Assembly (NCBI RefSeq): GCF_035084215.1
Contig: NC_090349.1
Location: 20,770,001 to 20,834,000 of the forward strand
DNA: 64,000 bases
Direction of reading: 5' to 3'
DNA from: Heptranchias perlo
Lineage: Eukaryota
The translations under genes were made by a program, and so were the position numbers. A model generated the notes under the pieces. That model did no database searches. It worked only from the letters and a program-made list of their open reading frames with translations, and had not been told where the DNA came from. Positions 50,925 through 62,925 of this stretch are shown in pieces. Every line of letters starts with the position of its first letter. Position 1 is the stretch's first letter.

Positions 50925-53439
50925 CATGTCTCTGAAATGGCTATTAGGTCAAACCCATTTATCTCTATTTGTCACTATACTGTCCTGTTGTCTTATCTTT
51001 TCTCATTAGCTTTCTAAATTTCCCCACACCTGACCCCTCCCCCGACCTTTTTAGTCTAAAGCCCTATCTACAGCCCTAGTTATTCAATTCGCCGGGATGC
51101 TGGTCCCAGCACGGTTTAAGTGAAGCCCGTCCTGTCGGAACAGCTCCCTCTTTCCCCAGTACTGGTGCCAGTGCCCCATGAATCAAAACCCCTGTCTCCC
51201 ACACCACTCTTTGAGCCACACATTTAACTCTCTGAGTTAAACTACTAAAATAAGGAGTAATATGAGACTCTACATTTTTTAAAGTTAATTTTTAGTTGTT
51301 TCGCAGTCATTAAGACTTACCGCCCTGTTAAAACTTAGTTTAGACCTGGTATTTTTAAGCGTACCTGTTTGATGGTGTAATTAGTTACTTTCCAGCTGGG
51401 CAGATAAGCAAGTTTGCCCTTTTTCAATAATTTCTCTGATTGCAGTGTGCGATGTCCCTTTAATTCGAAGCTGTCATATCACCAGCGAACCACTAGGAGC
51501 AAGTTCCGGATTCCCGCGTTTCACTGCTCATGTGCAAACACGGGAACTTGCTCCTTCAATTCACCACTAAAAATTGAGAGCGCTGTTGAGCTCTTCTGTT
51601 ATTTCGGCCCATTATTGTGTATTCATCTGATCTGCATCTCTCACTGATCACTCCCTGCTGAGGTCAGAAGGGGCAGGATGGGTTGCGCTGCAGATTTTCC
51701 TGATTGCCATCGATGGTTGTCCATGTACAAAACCGCTAAAAGACATGGTTCGAGTGGGCTGATCCCGACAATGCCACTTTTTCATTTTCTTGAGACAACA
51801 GAACTCGGGGCTGCAGGACACAAATCTCGTTTGACCATTTGTGGTTCTTCGTGCAGAATGGGAAGGTGTCTTGGAGTCTTTCCCCTGCACTGAAATCTGT
51901 AATTTTCCCACCAGTAATACTGGTTCCTTTATCAGGTGGCTTTCTCCCAGATGACCAGAGTTTGTGGTGGGCCTCTTACTGGTTTCTGTTAAATTGGAAT
52001 TGATTGGCAAAATGGTGTTTTAACCAAAGTGAGAAACCTCAAAATGTGCATCTTTGCATTGTAAGCCATTACAGGAGCACCAGCCAGTGGGACTCGAGGA
52101 TTAGCAGTGCTAGTGTACATGGTGATATTACTGGGCTGGAACTCCAAGAAGCTGACTGTTCAGCTCTTCACCTGCTTGACAATTGGAAATTCCAATTCTA
52201 ATTTATCTTTGGCCACCTCTCTATAACCCTCCATTTCTGTTTTTTTTTTCCTCCTTTCTCTGTCCCTCAATCTCCATTTCTCATTTCACCTTTTCTGTTT
52301 CTTCTGTATCCGTATCTTTTTCTCTGTTTTTCCGTATCTTGAAAGGGCCATGATTTATAATAGGTCTGTGTGACAGAATAGGTCTCTGCACTGCTTTGCT
52401 GGATGGGGGTTTTATCTCTCACACTTGACGACTGCGGGAAGAACGACTCAAGCTCAGGCCTTGCCACATGCCACGGTGCTGAAGATAACACTCGGATCAA
52501 GCAGCAAAGAAGTGCTGTCCCTCATCATAAATAACAAATGCCAAATTGATCACACAGTAGCCTCCATCTCCTGTAAACTAACGCTCCTGACGTCCAATGG
52601 GGATTTGAGCATGAACAGTATCACAAAAGGAATGGGGTTTTTAAACCAGAATACCAGGATCATTTGTAATGAGCCTTGTAATGTCTGTGTGCACGTGCCT
52701 TTTATCAAGAAGTATCAATAAAAAAACAGGACAGTTTATGCAAGTAATGGAGATTAGGGGCTGGATTTTCCTGTGATTGGTAGTGAAACAGCAGGTCAGG
52801 ACATCCGCCCACAGCTTGACCCATTTCCCTGGCTGCAGCTCCTTAGGTATACAGAACGGACTTCTGGTGGGATCCCTGCCACCAGGAGGGAGCCCACCTA
52901 TCAAGACCACCACTGCAGCACCTGAAGAGGCGGAGGCAAATTAAAGGGGGTGGAAGAGCCCCAAACATCAGGATTACAAGTTTCTTTTTTATCCTTGGAT
53001 TTGGCTGAGGATTACAGAGATAGGCATTTGGGGCTTGAAGGAAGGGAGAGGAGGCCAATATCAGGACTTTTCCCTCCAATCTGCAACTTGGGGATCTTAC
53101 TGCTGCCACCATCCTTCTCCTCCTGGTCCCTGGGGTTGGTGGAGACAGTAGAAGTAAGGAGGGAAATGAGGCAGCTTACTTAGTCCCAAGTCCTTTTTGG
53201 CATTTATATTTGGTTGGTGGCCAGGAAACGGGAGGGTGCAGGGGAATAGAGTTGATCCAGCTCTCCCTCTTCTACTCTCTGCTTTCTGCACCCACTGTAC
53301 AAATGGTTTTTAACCTGTTCTCACTAGTTTTGTATTTAAGCAAAGCATGTAGGTTATCTGTGTAAAAGCTAGATAGAGTGAAACCATCTCATAACATTCT
53401 TCTAGCAACAGTATTATTGACATTACAGGCTTCTCTGGA

Positions 53440-56228
53440 TCTGAGCCCATTACTTCTATCGCCCTTTTTCTTTCTGTTCTCTTTACCCCTCGGGCACTCC
53501 TCTCCTGTCTCCTGGCCTTCCTGTTACCCAATCATGCCTCCTTTCATTTCTCCCCTCTTGGGTACTTTGCCCACCCAAGTCCATGCCTCAACCCTTCACT
53601 ATTCCCCTCTCTTTCTACTCTCCTGCCACCATCCTATGCTCTTGTTCCTACCCAGCGTGCCTGCTGGGGGCTAATCTTGCCATCCTCCTTCCCATCCCAC
53701 TTACCCCTCCCACCTCTGACTCCATGAACTCTGCCAACAGATCAACAATCATCACTGCATCTCCCTCCAGAATGTCCGTTCACTTGCGATCAAGGCCTTT
53801 GCCATCCATTACCTTATTGTGGATGATTTTAATGATGTCATGGCCTGATGGAAACTTGGCTCATAGGTGAGAACACCTTCACCCTTAATGAAGCCGGCCT
53901 GCCTGGCTATACCTTCCACCACCTGCCCCTTTCAAAGCGCTACAGTGGCGGTGTGGCCCTTATCATCAAATCTCACCTTGGTCTGTCCCTCTACTCCTCT
54001 GGCATTTTCTTCTCCTTTGAGCGCCTCGCCTTATCCCACCCCTCTTGCCTCTCCTTCAAAAACTTTGTTGTCTACCGCCCACCCTAGCCCCATGCCAAGT
54101 TTCTCACTGAGATATCTTCCCTCCTTTCTTCCCTCAGCCCCTGCACTGAGCCACTTCTCGACCTCGGTGATTTCAACCACCATCTCAACTCACCTTGCTG
54201 TCTCTCTTCTGAATTCACTGCCCTCCTGTCCTCCCTTATCCTCTCCCTCCATATAAACTCTCCTACCCATATTCATGGCGACCCCCTCGACCTTGCCACC
54301 TCACGTGGCCTCTCTATTCCCATTGTCTCATTCACAGACAAGGCCATCTCTGATCACTTCTTTGTATCCCTCATCACTCACATCCCCCTTCCCCCTTCCC
54401 CATTCCTCCTTCCAACCCCACGTTCTTCTGTTTCTGCCCCTGGGAAAAGCTCTCTTCCCCTAAGTCACTTACAATGGCACTTTCAAACGCCCAATTGTCT
54501 AACCTTTGGACCTTCGTTCACCACAATACTTTTGCGGTTACTGATCTGCTCAATCACACCCTCACCTCTACCTTTGATACCCTTGTCCCCAGTAAAACCT
54601 TTACTCTCCCCACTCTGGTCATTCCCCTTGGTACAGCCTCCATCTTCACTCCCTTAAGAACAAGGTGCACAGATTTGAACGTATATGACGCACAACTGAG
54701 TTAGCCATTCATCGCCAGATCTGGCTGGACCACATCCTCCTCTCCTCTGACCAAACTATTCACTACTCCAGGATCATCCTGGAATGCAAAAATAACTCCT
54801 GGCTTTTGTTCTCCGCTACCAACCATCTGTTTAAACCTTTCCCCCCTGCCCTCTCCACCCTCACATCCAACAAGTGCAAGGAGATCGTGGGCTTCTTTGT
54901 CACCAAGATTGAGACCGTCCGTTCAGCTGCCTCTACCACATACCTCCCTTGCCCTAGTCCTGAACTCATACCTTTCTCTAGTTTCTCTTCTATCTCCACT
55001 CATGCCCTCTCCGAGCTCATCTTGTCCATGAGACCCATGTCCTGCTCCTTCAACCCAATTCCCGTTAAACTGCTGACCACCCAACTTCCCTTCCTGGCCC
55101 TCATGCTAGCTAATATTGTAAATGGTTCCCTCTCCTCAGGAAATGTTGCCCCTCCCTTTCAAATCTGCTGTCATCACCCCCCTCCTCAAAAAAGTCACCC
55201 TTGACCCATCTGTCTTTACAAACTGTCACCCCATTTCCAACCTCCCCTTCCTTTCCAAAGTCCTTGAACGTGTTGTCGCCTCTCAAATCTGTGCCCATAT
55301 TCCCCACAGTTCTATATTTGAACCTCTCCAATCAGGTTTCCACCCCTGCCACAGCATTGAAACAGCCCTAATCAAAGTCACAAATGACATCCTATCTGAC
55401 CTATGGTGCACTATCCCTCCTCACCCTTCTCGACCTTTTTGTAGCTTTGGACACGATTTACCACGCTATCCTTCTCCAACGCCACTCCTCCATTGTCCAG
55501 CTGAATGGGATTACCCTTGCCTCCACTCTTACCTCCAGTCATAACTAGAGAATCTCCTGCAATGGCTTCTCTTCCCGCCCCTGCACCATTACCTCTGGAG
55601 TCCCTCAAGTATCTATCCTTGGCCCCCTCCAATTTCTCATCTATATGCTGTCCCTCGGTGACATCAGAAGACACAACGTTAGGTTCCACATGTCCGCTAA
55701 TGACACCCAGCTCTATCTCACCACCAACACCTCTCTCGACCTCTCCGCTGCCTCCAGGTTGTCAGGCAGCTTGTCTGATATCTAGTCCTGGATGAACCAA
55801 AATTACCTCCAATTAAACATTGGGAAAACTAAAACTATTGCCTTTGGCCTCAGACACAAACTCCATTCCCTAGCCACCAATTCTTTCCCCCTCCCTGGCC
55901 ACTGTCTCAGGCTGAACCTGTCTGCTCGCAACCTCGGCATCCTATTTGACCCTGAGCTGAGCTTCGGACCCTATATCCTCTTTATCACAAAGGCCATTTA
56001 TTTCCACCTCTGTAACATCGCCCGTCTTTGCCCCTGTCTCAACCATCTGCTGCTGCAACCCTCATCCATGCCTTTGTTAGCTCCAAACTCGATTATTCCA
56101 ATGCTCTCCTGACCTCCCATCTTCCACGCTCCATAAACTTGAGCTCATCCAAAACTCTGCTGCCCGTATCCTAACTCACTCCAAGTCCCGTTCACCTATT
56201 ACCCCTGTGCTCGCTGACCTACATTGAT
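53440..56228 (+). mobile_element. Decayed L2 LINE ORF2 (endonuclease plus RT)
   Basis: Motifs ETWL, GGVALI, VVYRPP, LGDFN, SDHF, PISNLPFLSKVLERVV, QSGFHPCHSIETAL and NYLQLNIGKT, with many frameshifts. Confidence 0.92.
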
Positions 56229-58819
56229 TGCATCTACTATTTTGATGGAGGAGCTAACCCATTTAGCACCTCCATTTAAATGGGGGACAAAGAAGTTTCA
56301 TGTGAAAGTGTTTGTATATCAATATTCAGAGAGCCTAACTTCAAGGTAAAGGTGTCTGAGGCCCAAGGCGGAGAGTATGTCAATGGACATACAAAAATTC
56401 AGTAGCCCAAAATAGGGAAGAAATACATTAAGTGATATGTCTCAGATTTTGCAGAAGTCGACACATTTAAACTCATTCAGCCAGATACTCGGGTTTGCCA
56501 GCTGTGAAGTAATTGCAAACCTCAGCAATATTGCCAGGATTTGTATAAAAATCTGAGACAAATATTGAGATTTTCAACACAAAGGTTTAAATGTGAACAC
56601 TGTCTTGAATTATTGGATGTGGAAGGCAATTGGGATTTGTGGCTGGAATGTCTAACTGGAGGATAATCTGGGGGCGGGTGGGGGGGGGGGTGGTGGAGAG
56701 AGTCACACAAACCAGAAGTAAAAGAAAATAACCACATTAAAAAGAAAGGCATTGAATATACTGTGTGTACACTGCACACATCTTTCTTGGTCAAGGGTTT
56801 ATAAAAGTGATATATTCACATGCCATTATTGTTCACAGAAGACTGTTCTCATGGGCATATTTTGGTATCCTTTTTGAAAGCTATGGGTGTGAAAAGTATT
56901 GCTTACTGCACTCTCATCTCCCCTCAGTTCCTTTCGGTGGTTTGTGCTGTACCGGTCGGAGCCACAGAGCTGATGAGATGTTGTCAGCCCACGCTGGAGG
57001 GGAAGTGCTAGCACCAGATTTATAGTCACTTTCATCACCCAGTCAAGCAGAACACAGAGGCAATAGTGGTGCACAGAATGGGCAGCAACAAATCTCCCTC
57101 TTTCCCTGCACTGCCAAGCATTCACCATTCAGCTGGGAATTGTAGTGCCTGCAAACACTAGCTAAAGGAAGATGGATTTCATTGGAAAACTGATTGATCA
57201 GTTCTGTGGCAATAGTCAAATGAAAGCTATTTTGTGGCTTTTCCTATAGTTTGCCCAGAAGTGTTTTTTACTTACATTAATCTACAGTATCAGCTCTTAG
57301 ATCATCTCCTTTGTCCACGAGTTCAGTATATTCACCAATAAAAGATACAATCGACCTGACTTGAGATGAATGCTTTCGGGAGTGTGTTGCATTGTTTCCA
57401 GTAGAGACCACTTCATTGTGAGCTTTCATGGACTGGGCTTCATAGATATCAAAAATTCAAATGCATGTTCTATTCCTTTTTGCATATTTCAACCTTGATG
57501 ATATGAGTAATGTTTGGTCAAAAAAAATTGTAGTCAATCAAAAACAAACAGTTCCATATATTTTTAACCAGTGAATAATTGCACTCCAGGATCCAGACTA
57601 CTTTTATTTTTAATAAGCTGAATTGCACCAAAGTATTTTTTGAGGATACTAGAGGATGATGTGACAATAAACAGCTGGTATTAGCAGCTGTCGAGCGCAA
57701 CCTACAGCGCATGCCTGTTTATATCTAGAATGAGTTTCAGAGTTGAGGAACCAATCTGAGGACGAGACATGCAAAACCAACATGGAGAAGTTTATGACAC
57801 AGAACTAGCAAATACTGCAATGAAATACATTAAACAATATACAGAAGATTCACAGCAGAACTGAATAAAGCTGATTTCACTTTTAGTCTGTTGTCGTTTA
57901 ATTGTGCAGAAAATAAAGTGTCAGTTGTCCAAGAGTAAAGCAAACCAAGTGGTGGGCTCCTGTAATGTCCTCTACAGCGTGGAAGTTGAGACCAGTACAG
58001 TGCACTTGTCATTTTAGCTTTTCCCTCCATATATCCTTAATAAATACTGTTTTCCTTCATGCCCATATATGTTTCGTGCTGATAACTTACAGTAATATTT
58101 TCATGCGTTTCCTTTGTGCTGTTCTTTTAGGTTATGTAACTGCTTCCAGATCTCTACCAGGTCTTCCAAGTAGTTGAAATCACATTGGTTCTTTCAGTGA
58201 CCTATTGCCATCACTCATGCTTATTTGGGGGATGTTCCGTTCTCTCCCCCTCCCCCAACTGAAAATCTGCTCATATTTCCCCATAAGAGACCTTATCAGC
58301 ATGTGCAGTGGCTTGTCAGGAAATTGACACATACTTCACAGCTGGATACGTGAACTTTTCAACATTTATACCAGTTAAGTGGCTCATTAACTGCACGACA
58401 AGTGCCAAAGCATCATTATTGCAGGTGTGTTGTGATTGGCTGCTGGTTTTCCATTACTGTTAACAAAATCGCATTCTCAGAAATGCACATCCCATGTTTT
58501 GTTAGCTCTTCACCAGTTACAATGAAAAATTGGCATTTCTCCTATTTTTCAATAGAACGGGAATGTCAAATCTCCAAATGTCTCCTTAAGAGTTATGCAA
58601 GGCACCTGGAAGGCTGACTTCAGTGGCAGACTTACCCCCATTTGCTCAGCTCTGATAATGTCATCTGGGCTGGTACAGAACACCAGAGCTGGCTAGATCA
58701 GACTTCCTTTGCTGCAGAGTGATGCCAGAATGGGAATTTGACACTGGCGAATTCCATTGTGGAGACCAGTATCTCTGTAAAACTCTGGGAGCTGAATTTT
58801 CAACCAGTCTGATCTTTGT

Positions 58820-59240
58820 TAACAACAACTTGCATTTAAATAGCGTCATTAATGTAGTAAAATGTCCCAAGATGCTTCACAGGAACGTCATCAAACAAAA
58901 TTTGACACTGAGCCACATAAAAGAGATATTAGGACAGGTGACCAAAAGCTTGGTCAAACAGATTGATTTTAAGGAACGACTTAAAGGAGGAGGGAGAGGT
59001 AGAGAGGCAGAGAGGTTTAGGGAGGGAACTCCAGAGCATATGACATAGGGCATGGCCGCCAATGGTGGAGTGAAGGAAATTGGGGATGCGCAAGAGGCCA
59101 GAATTGGAGGAGCGCAGAGATCTCGGAGGGTTGGAGGTTACAGAGGTAAGGATGGGCAAGGCCATGGAGGGATTTGAACACAAGGATGAGAAATTTAACA
59201 TCAAGGCATTTCCAGGCCAGGAGCCAATGAAGGTCAATGA
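58820..59240 (-). mobile_element. L2 LINE 3' fragment
   Basis: Reads PRSLRSSNSGLLRIP...LWSSLP...FKSFLKINLFDQAF, with tail GCAAGTTGTTGTT. Confidence 0.85.
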
Positions 59241-59451
59241 GCAGAGGGATGATCGGTTATTTTTCTCCTGCAGCCAGCCAGGCACAATGGAGGCGAATCT
59301 TCACTGGGGCTCTCCCGCTCATTTGCTGTAACTTTGGCGGAAGAGCCGCGGAAACTCCAGAAAATGCGTAAATGTCAAAGTTACAGTGGACAATCAGGGG
59401 AACCCCCATTATCTCTTCTATTGCCTGATCCTTTCAAATTATTTCATTTAA

Positions 59452-59455
<4 letters not shown>

Positions 59456-59482
<27 letters not shown>

Positions 59483-59497
59483 AGTGTGAGAGAGAGA
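59456..59497. repeat. (TG)n/(GA)n microsatellite
   Basis: Direct inspection. Confidence 0.95.
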
Positions 59498-59546
59498 TGA
59501 GCTAATCCTTTGAGAAATGAAGACTTTTGCCAACTGTCAAAATGAG

Positions 59547-59735
59547 CAAAAGAAAAATAATGCAGATGCTGGAAATCTGAAATATAAACAAAAAGTGCTG
59601 GAAAAAGTGCAGGTCAGACAGCATCTGTTGAGAGAGAAACAGAGTTAACATGTTTCAGGTCAGACTAGTGTAAAGCACTGAGCTCTGATGAAAGATCATT
59701 GACCTGCTGAGTGCTTTCCAGCATATTCTGTTATG
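59547..59735. mobile_element. Penelope-like palindromic terminal-repeat relic
   Basis: Inverted arms GCTGGAAA..GCAGGTCA and TGACCTGCTGAG..TTTCCAGC. It contains CTGATGAAAGATCATTGACCTG. Confidence 0.6.
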
Positions 59736-59814
59736 TTAAAATAAGCACAGGTTATATTGTATGAAATTTCAAAAGAAATGATTTTCTGTAAATTTGAATG
59801 TAGAATTTATTTCC

Positions 59815-60195
59815 CCACACTTCTCTCCTTTCCTGCACTCTCTCTCCACTCCTGAAGGCAGCAACTTATCCTGGACACAGTACCCGAGGTACCAGCGGTC
59901 CTCCAGTACCAAGTGCCCATTCTTCATGTGTGAGCCTAGACAGTGAATGTTGTAAAACTATTTAAGCATGGGGAGTTATTACAGCCCAGCCCAATCTTGT
60001 ACTTAGCCAATGTCCACACAGGTACACTTTACTAGGGCCATGGATGGCAATCAGCACCAGGAACCCTGACTGATTTTTCTCTTCCCTATCCCAGTGACAT
60101 TGATATCAACTGTAGCGCTTCCACTGCTGTCTTAGCAGAGCACAGAGAGGGATCCAACCTGTTAACTCCCCAATTTGCATGACTCAATTACCAAA
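59815..60195 (-). mobile_element. tRNA-head SINE family B (AmnSINE2-like)
   Basis: CATTCTTCATGTGTGAGCCTAGACAGTGA is the reverse complement of about 15041-15068. Confidence 0.65.
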
Positions 60196-60586
60196 CCAAA
60201 AGCTAAATGTTATAAAATAGAGTGAAAGGAATTTGCAAACCAGAGAATCTTTCTTAATTCACTGCGTTATCACAAAGTGACAAATTACAATTTTTTTTAT
60301 ATTCTTGGTGAATAAATTTTACTACAGACCACAAGGGTTAATTAAAAAATCAATATTCATTGAGCTACACGGCAGTTCAGCTGGCTATACAGGCTGAAGT
60401 GCAGAAAGGAAATGTACATTTTACCAGCCAAACAGACAAAATGGTGATTGATAAAAGGGCAAATTACATACAGAATAAGTAGCTCAGTAACAGTAATTTC
60501 ACAAACAGTATTCTAACAGTAATGTAAAGCAGATTTTTATTTTGTAAGCAATTAAATATTTCTATCACAATCCATAGAGGGTTAAA

Positions 60587-62839
60587 GTGACAGCAAATCA
60601 TCAGTGTCCACTCAGCACTTTAATACGCTCTTTGACTTCGGAATCTGACATTCTCTTTTGTCTGCTTGGGACCAGTGATCATAATTCCGTTAGTTTTAAG
60701 ATAGCTATGGAGAAGGATAGGTCTGGCCCAAAAGTTAAAATTCTAAATTGGGGAAAGGCCAATTTTGATGGTATTAGACAGGAACTTTCAGAAGTTGATT
60801 GGGAGAGTCTGTTGGCAGGCAAAGGGACGTCTGGTAAGTGGGAGTCCTTCAAAAATGTGTTAACCAGGGTTCAGGGTAAGCACATTCCTTATAAAGTAAA
60901 GGGCAAGGCTGGTAGAAGTAGGGAACCTTGGATGACTCGGGAGATTGAGGCCCTAGTCAGAAAGAAGAAGGAGGCATATGACATGCATAGGCAGCTGGGA
61001 TCAAGAGATTGCCGGAGTAGAGTTAAGAGAGAAATCAGGAGGGCAAAAAGGGGACATGAGATTGCTTTGGCAGATAAGGCAAAGGTGAATCCAAAGAGCT
61101 TCTACAAATACATAAAGGGCAAAAGAGTAACTAGGGAGAAAGTAGGGCCTCTGAAGGATCAACAAGGTCATCTATGTGCGGAACCACAAGAGATGGGTGA
61201 GATCCTAAATGAATATTTCGCATCGGTATTTACGGTTAAGAAAGGCATGGATGTTAGGGAACTTGGGGAAATAAATAGTGATGTCTTGAGGAGTGTACAT
61301 ATTACAGAGAGGGAGGTGCTGGAAGTCTTAACGCGCATCAAGGTAGATAAATCTCCGGGACCTGATGAAATGTATCCCAGGACGTTATGGGAGGTTAGGG
61401 AGGAAATTGCGGGTCCCCTAGCAGAGATATTTGAATCATCCACCGCTACAGGTGAGGTGCCTGAAGATTGGAGGGTAGCAAATGTTGTGCCTTTGTTTAA
61501 GAAGGGCGGCAGGGAAAAGCCTGGGAACTACAGACCGGTGAGCCTGACATCTGTGGTGGGTAAGTTGTTAGAGGGTATTCTGAGAGACAGGATCTACGGG
61601 CATTTGGAGAGGCAGGGACTGATTAGGAACAGTCAGCATGGTTTTGTGAGAGGAAAATCATGTCTCACGAATTTGATTGAGTTTTTTGAAGGGGTAACCA
61701 AGAAGATAGATGAGGGCTGTGCAGTAGACGTGGTCTACATGGACTTTAGCAAAGCCTTTGACAAGGTACCACATGGTAGGTTGTTACATAAGGTTAAATC
61801 TCACGGGATCCAAGGTGAGGTAGCCAATTGGATACAACATTGGCTTGACGACAGAAGACAGAGGGTGGGTGTAGAGGGTTGTTTTTCAAATTGGAGGCCT
61901 GTGACCAGCGGTGTGCCTCAGGGATCGGTGCTGGGTCCGCTGTTATTTGTTATTTATATTAATGATTTGGATGAGAATTTAGGAGGCATGGTTAGTAAGT
62001 TTGCAGATGACACCAAGATTGGTGGCATCGTGGACAGTGAAGAAGGTTATCTAGGATTGCAACGGAATCTTGATAAATTGGGCCAGTGGGCCGATGAATG
62101 GCAGATGGAGTTTAATTTAGATAAATGTGAGGTGATGCATTTTGGTAGATCGAATCGGGCCAGGACCTACTCCGTTAATGGTAGGGCGTTGGGGAGAGTT
62201 ATAGAACAAAGAGATCTAGGAGTACAGGTTCATAGCTCCTTGAAAGTGGAGTCACAGGTGGATAGGGTGGTGAAGAAGGCATTTAGCTTGCTTGGTTTCA
62301 TTGGTCAGAACATTGAATACAGGAGTTGGGATGTCTTGTTGAAGTTGTACAAGACATTAGTTAGGCCACACTTGGAATACTTTGTACAGTTCTGGTCACC
62401 CTATTATAGAAAGGATATTATTAAACTAGAAAGAGTGCAGAAAAGATTTACTAGGATGCTACCGGGACTTGATGGTTTGACTTATAGGGAGAGGTTAGAT
62501 AGACTGGGACTTTTTTCCCTGGAGAGTAGGAGGTTGAGGGGTGATCTTATAGAAGTCTATAAAATAATGAGGGGCATAGATAAGGTAGATAGTCAAAATC
62601 TTTTCCCAAAGGTAGGGGAGTCTATAACGAGGGGACATAGATTTAAGGTGAGAGGGGAGAGATACAAAAGGGTCCAGAGGGGCAATTTTTTCACTCAAAG
62701 GGTGGTGAGTGTCTGGAACGAGCTGCCAGAGGCAGTAGTAGAGGCGGGTACAATTTTGTCTTTTAAAAAGCATTTGGACAGTTACATGGGTAAGATGGGT
62801 ATAGAGGGATATGGGCCAAGTGCAGGCAATTGGGACTAG
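60587..62839 (+). CDS. CR1 ORF2 fragment with an open reverse transcriptase frame (750 codons; the first ~26 are flanking read-through)
   Basis: Motifs NYRPVSLTS, YMDFSKAFD, SGVPQGSVLGP and KFADDTK. Most of the endonuclease is missing, so it is non-autonomous and expression is unproven. Confidence 0.75.
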   Translation: MTANHQCPLSTLIRSLTSESDILFCLLGTSDHNSVSFKIAMEKDRSGPKVKILNWGKANFDGIRQELSEVDWESLLAGKGTSGKWESFKNVLTRVQGKHIPYKVKGKAGRSREPWMTREIEALVRKKKEAYDMHRQLGSRDCRSRVKREIRRAKRGHEIALADKAKVNPKSFYKYIKGKRVTREKVGPLKDQQGHLCAEPQEMGEILNEYFASVFTVKKGMDVRELGEINSDVLRSVHITEREVLEVLTRIKVDKSPGPDEMYPRTLWEVREEIAGPLAEIFESSTATGEVPEDWRVANVVPLFKKGGREKPGNYRPVSLTSVVGKLLEGILRDRIYGHLERQGLIRNSQHGFVRGKSCLTNLIEFFEGVTKKIDEGCAVDVVYMDFSKAFDKVPHGRLLHKVKSHGIQGEVANWIQHWLDDRRQRVGVEGCFSNWRPVTSGVPQGSVLGPLLFVIYINDLDENLGGMVSKFADDTKIGGIVDSEEGYLGLQRNLDKLGQWADEWQMEFNLDKCEVMHFGRSNRARTYSVNGRALGRVIEQRDLGVQVHSSLKVESQVDRVVKKAFSLLGFIGQNIEYRSWDVLLKLYKTLVRPHLEYFVQFWSPYYRKDIIKLERVQKRFTRMLPGLDGLTYRERLDRLGLFSLESRRLRGDLIEVYKIMRGIDKVDSQNLFPKVGESITRGHRFKVRGERYKRVQRGNFFTQRVVSVWNELPEAVVEAGTILSFKKHLDSYMGKMGIEGYGPSAGNWD

Positions 62840-62925
62840 CTTAGTGGTATAAACTGGGCGACATGGACATGTTGGGCCGAAGGGCCTGTTTCCATGTTGT
62901 AAACTTCTATGATTCTATGATTCTA
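60665..62925 (+). mobile_element. Young 5'-truncated CR1 LINE
   Basis: Starts at the endonuclease SDHN motif, has an uninterrupted RT, and ends in an (ATTCTATG)n tail. Confidence 0.95.

Larger units (their letters stand above)
46458..51235 (-). mobile_element. CR1 LINE of the same family as 30115-37720, 5'-truncated within ORF1
   Basis: Esterase end (FMGHWHQYWGKRELF..DGLHLN), endonuclease (ORF 49157..49921, MGDFN, SDHN), RT (47546-48057) and an (TTCTTATG)n tail at about 46460. Confidence 0.95.
46050..51610 (+). mobile_element. MITE related to family A, split by a CR1 insertion (parts 46050-46457 and 51236-51610)
   Basis: Ends GGGCCAGAAAT and GGGCCGAAAT, with TSD ATT at 46047-49 and 51611-13. 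The joined halves are colinear with about 590-1010. Confidence 0.75.

Noticed and set aside
5510-60195. Strand bias of SINE family B (7 of 8 on the minus strand) as evidence for host gene orientation
   Set aside because: The sample is small, and the CR1 and Deu-SINE copies do not show the same bias.
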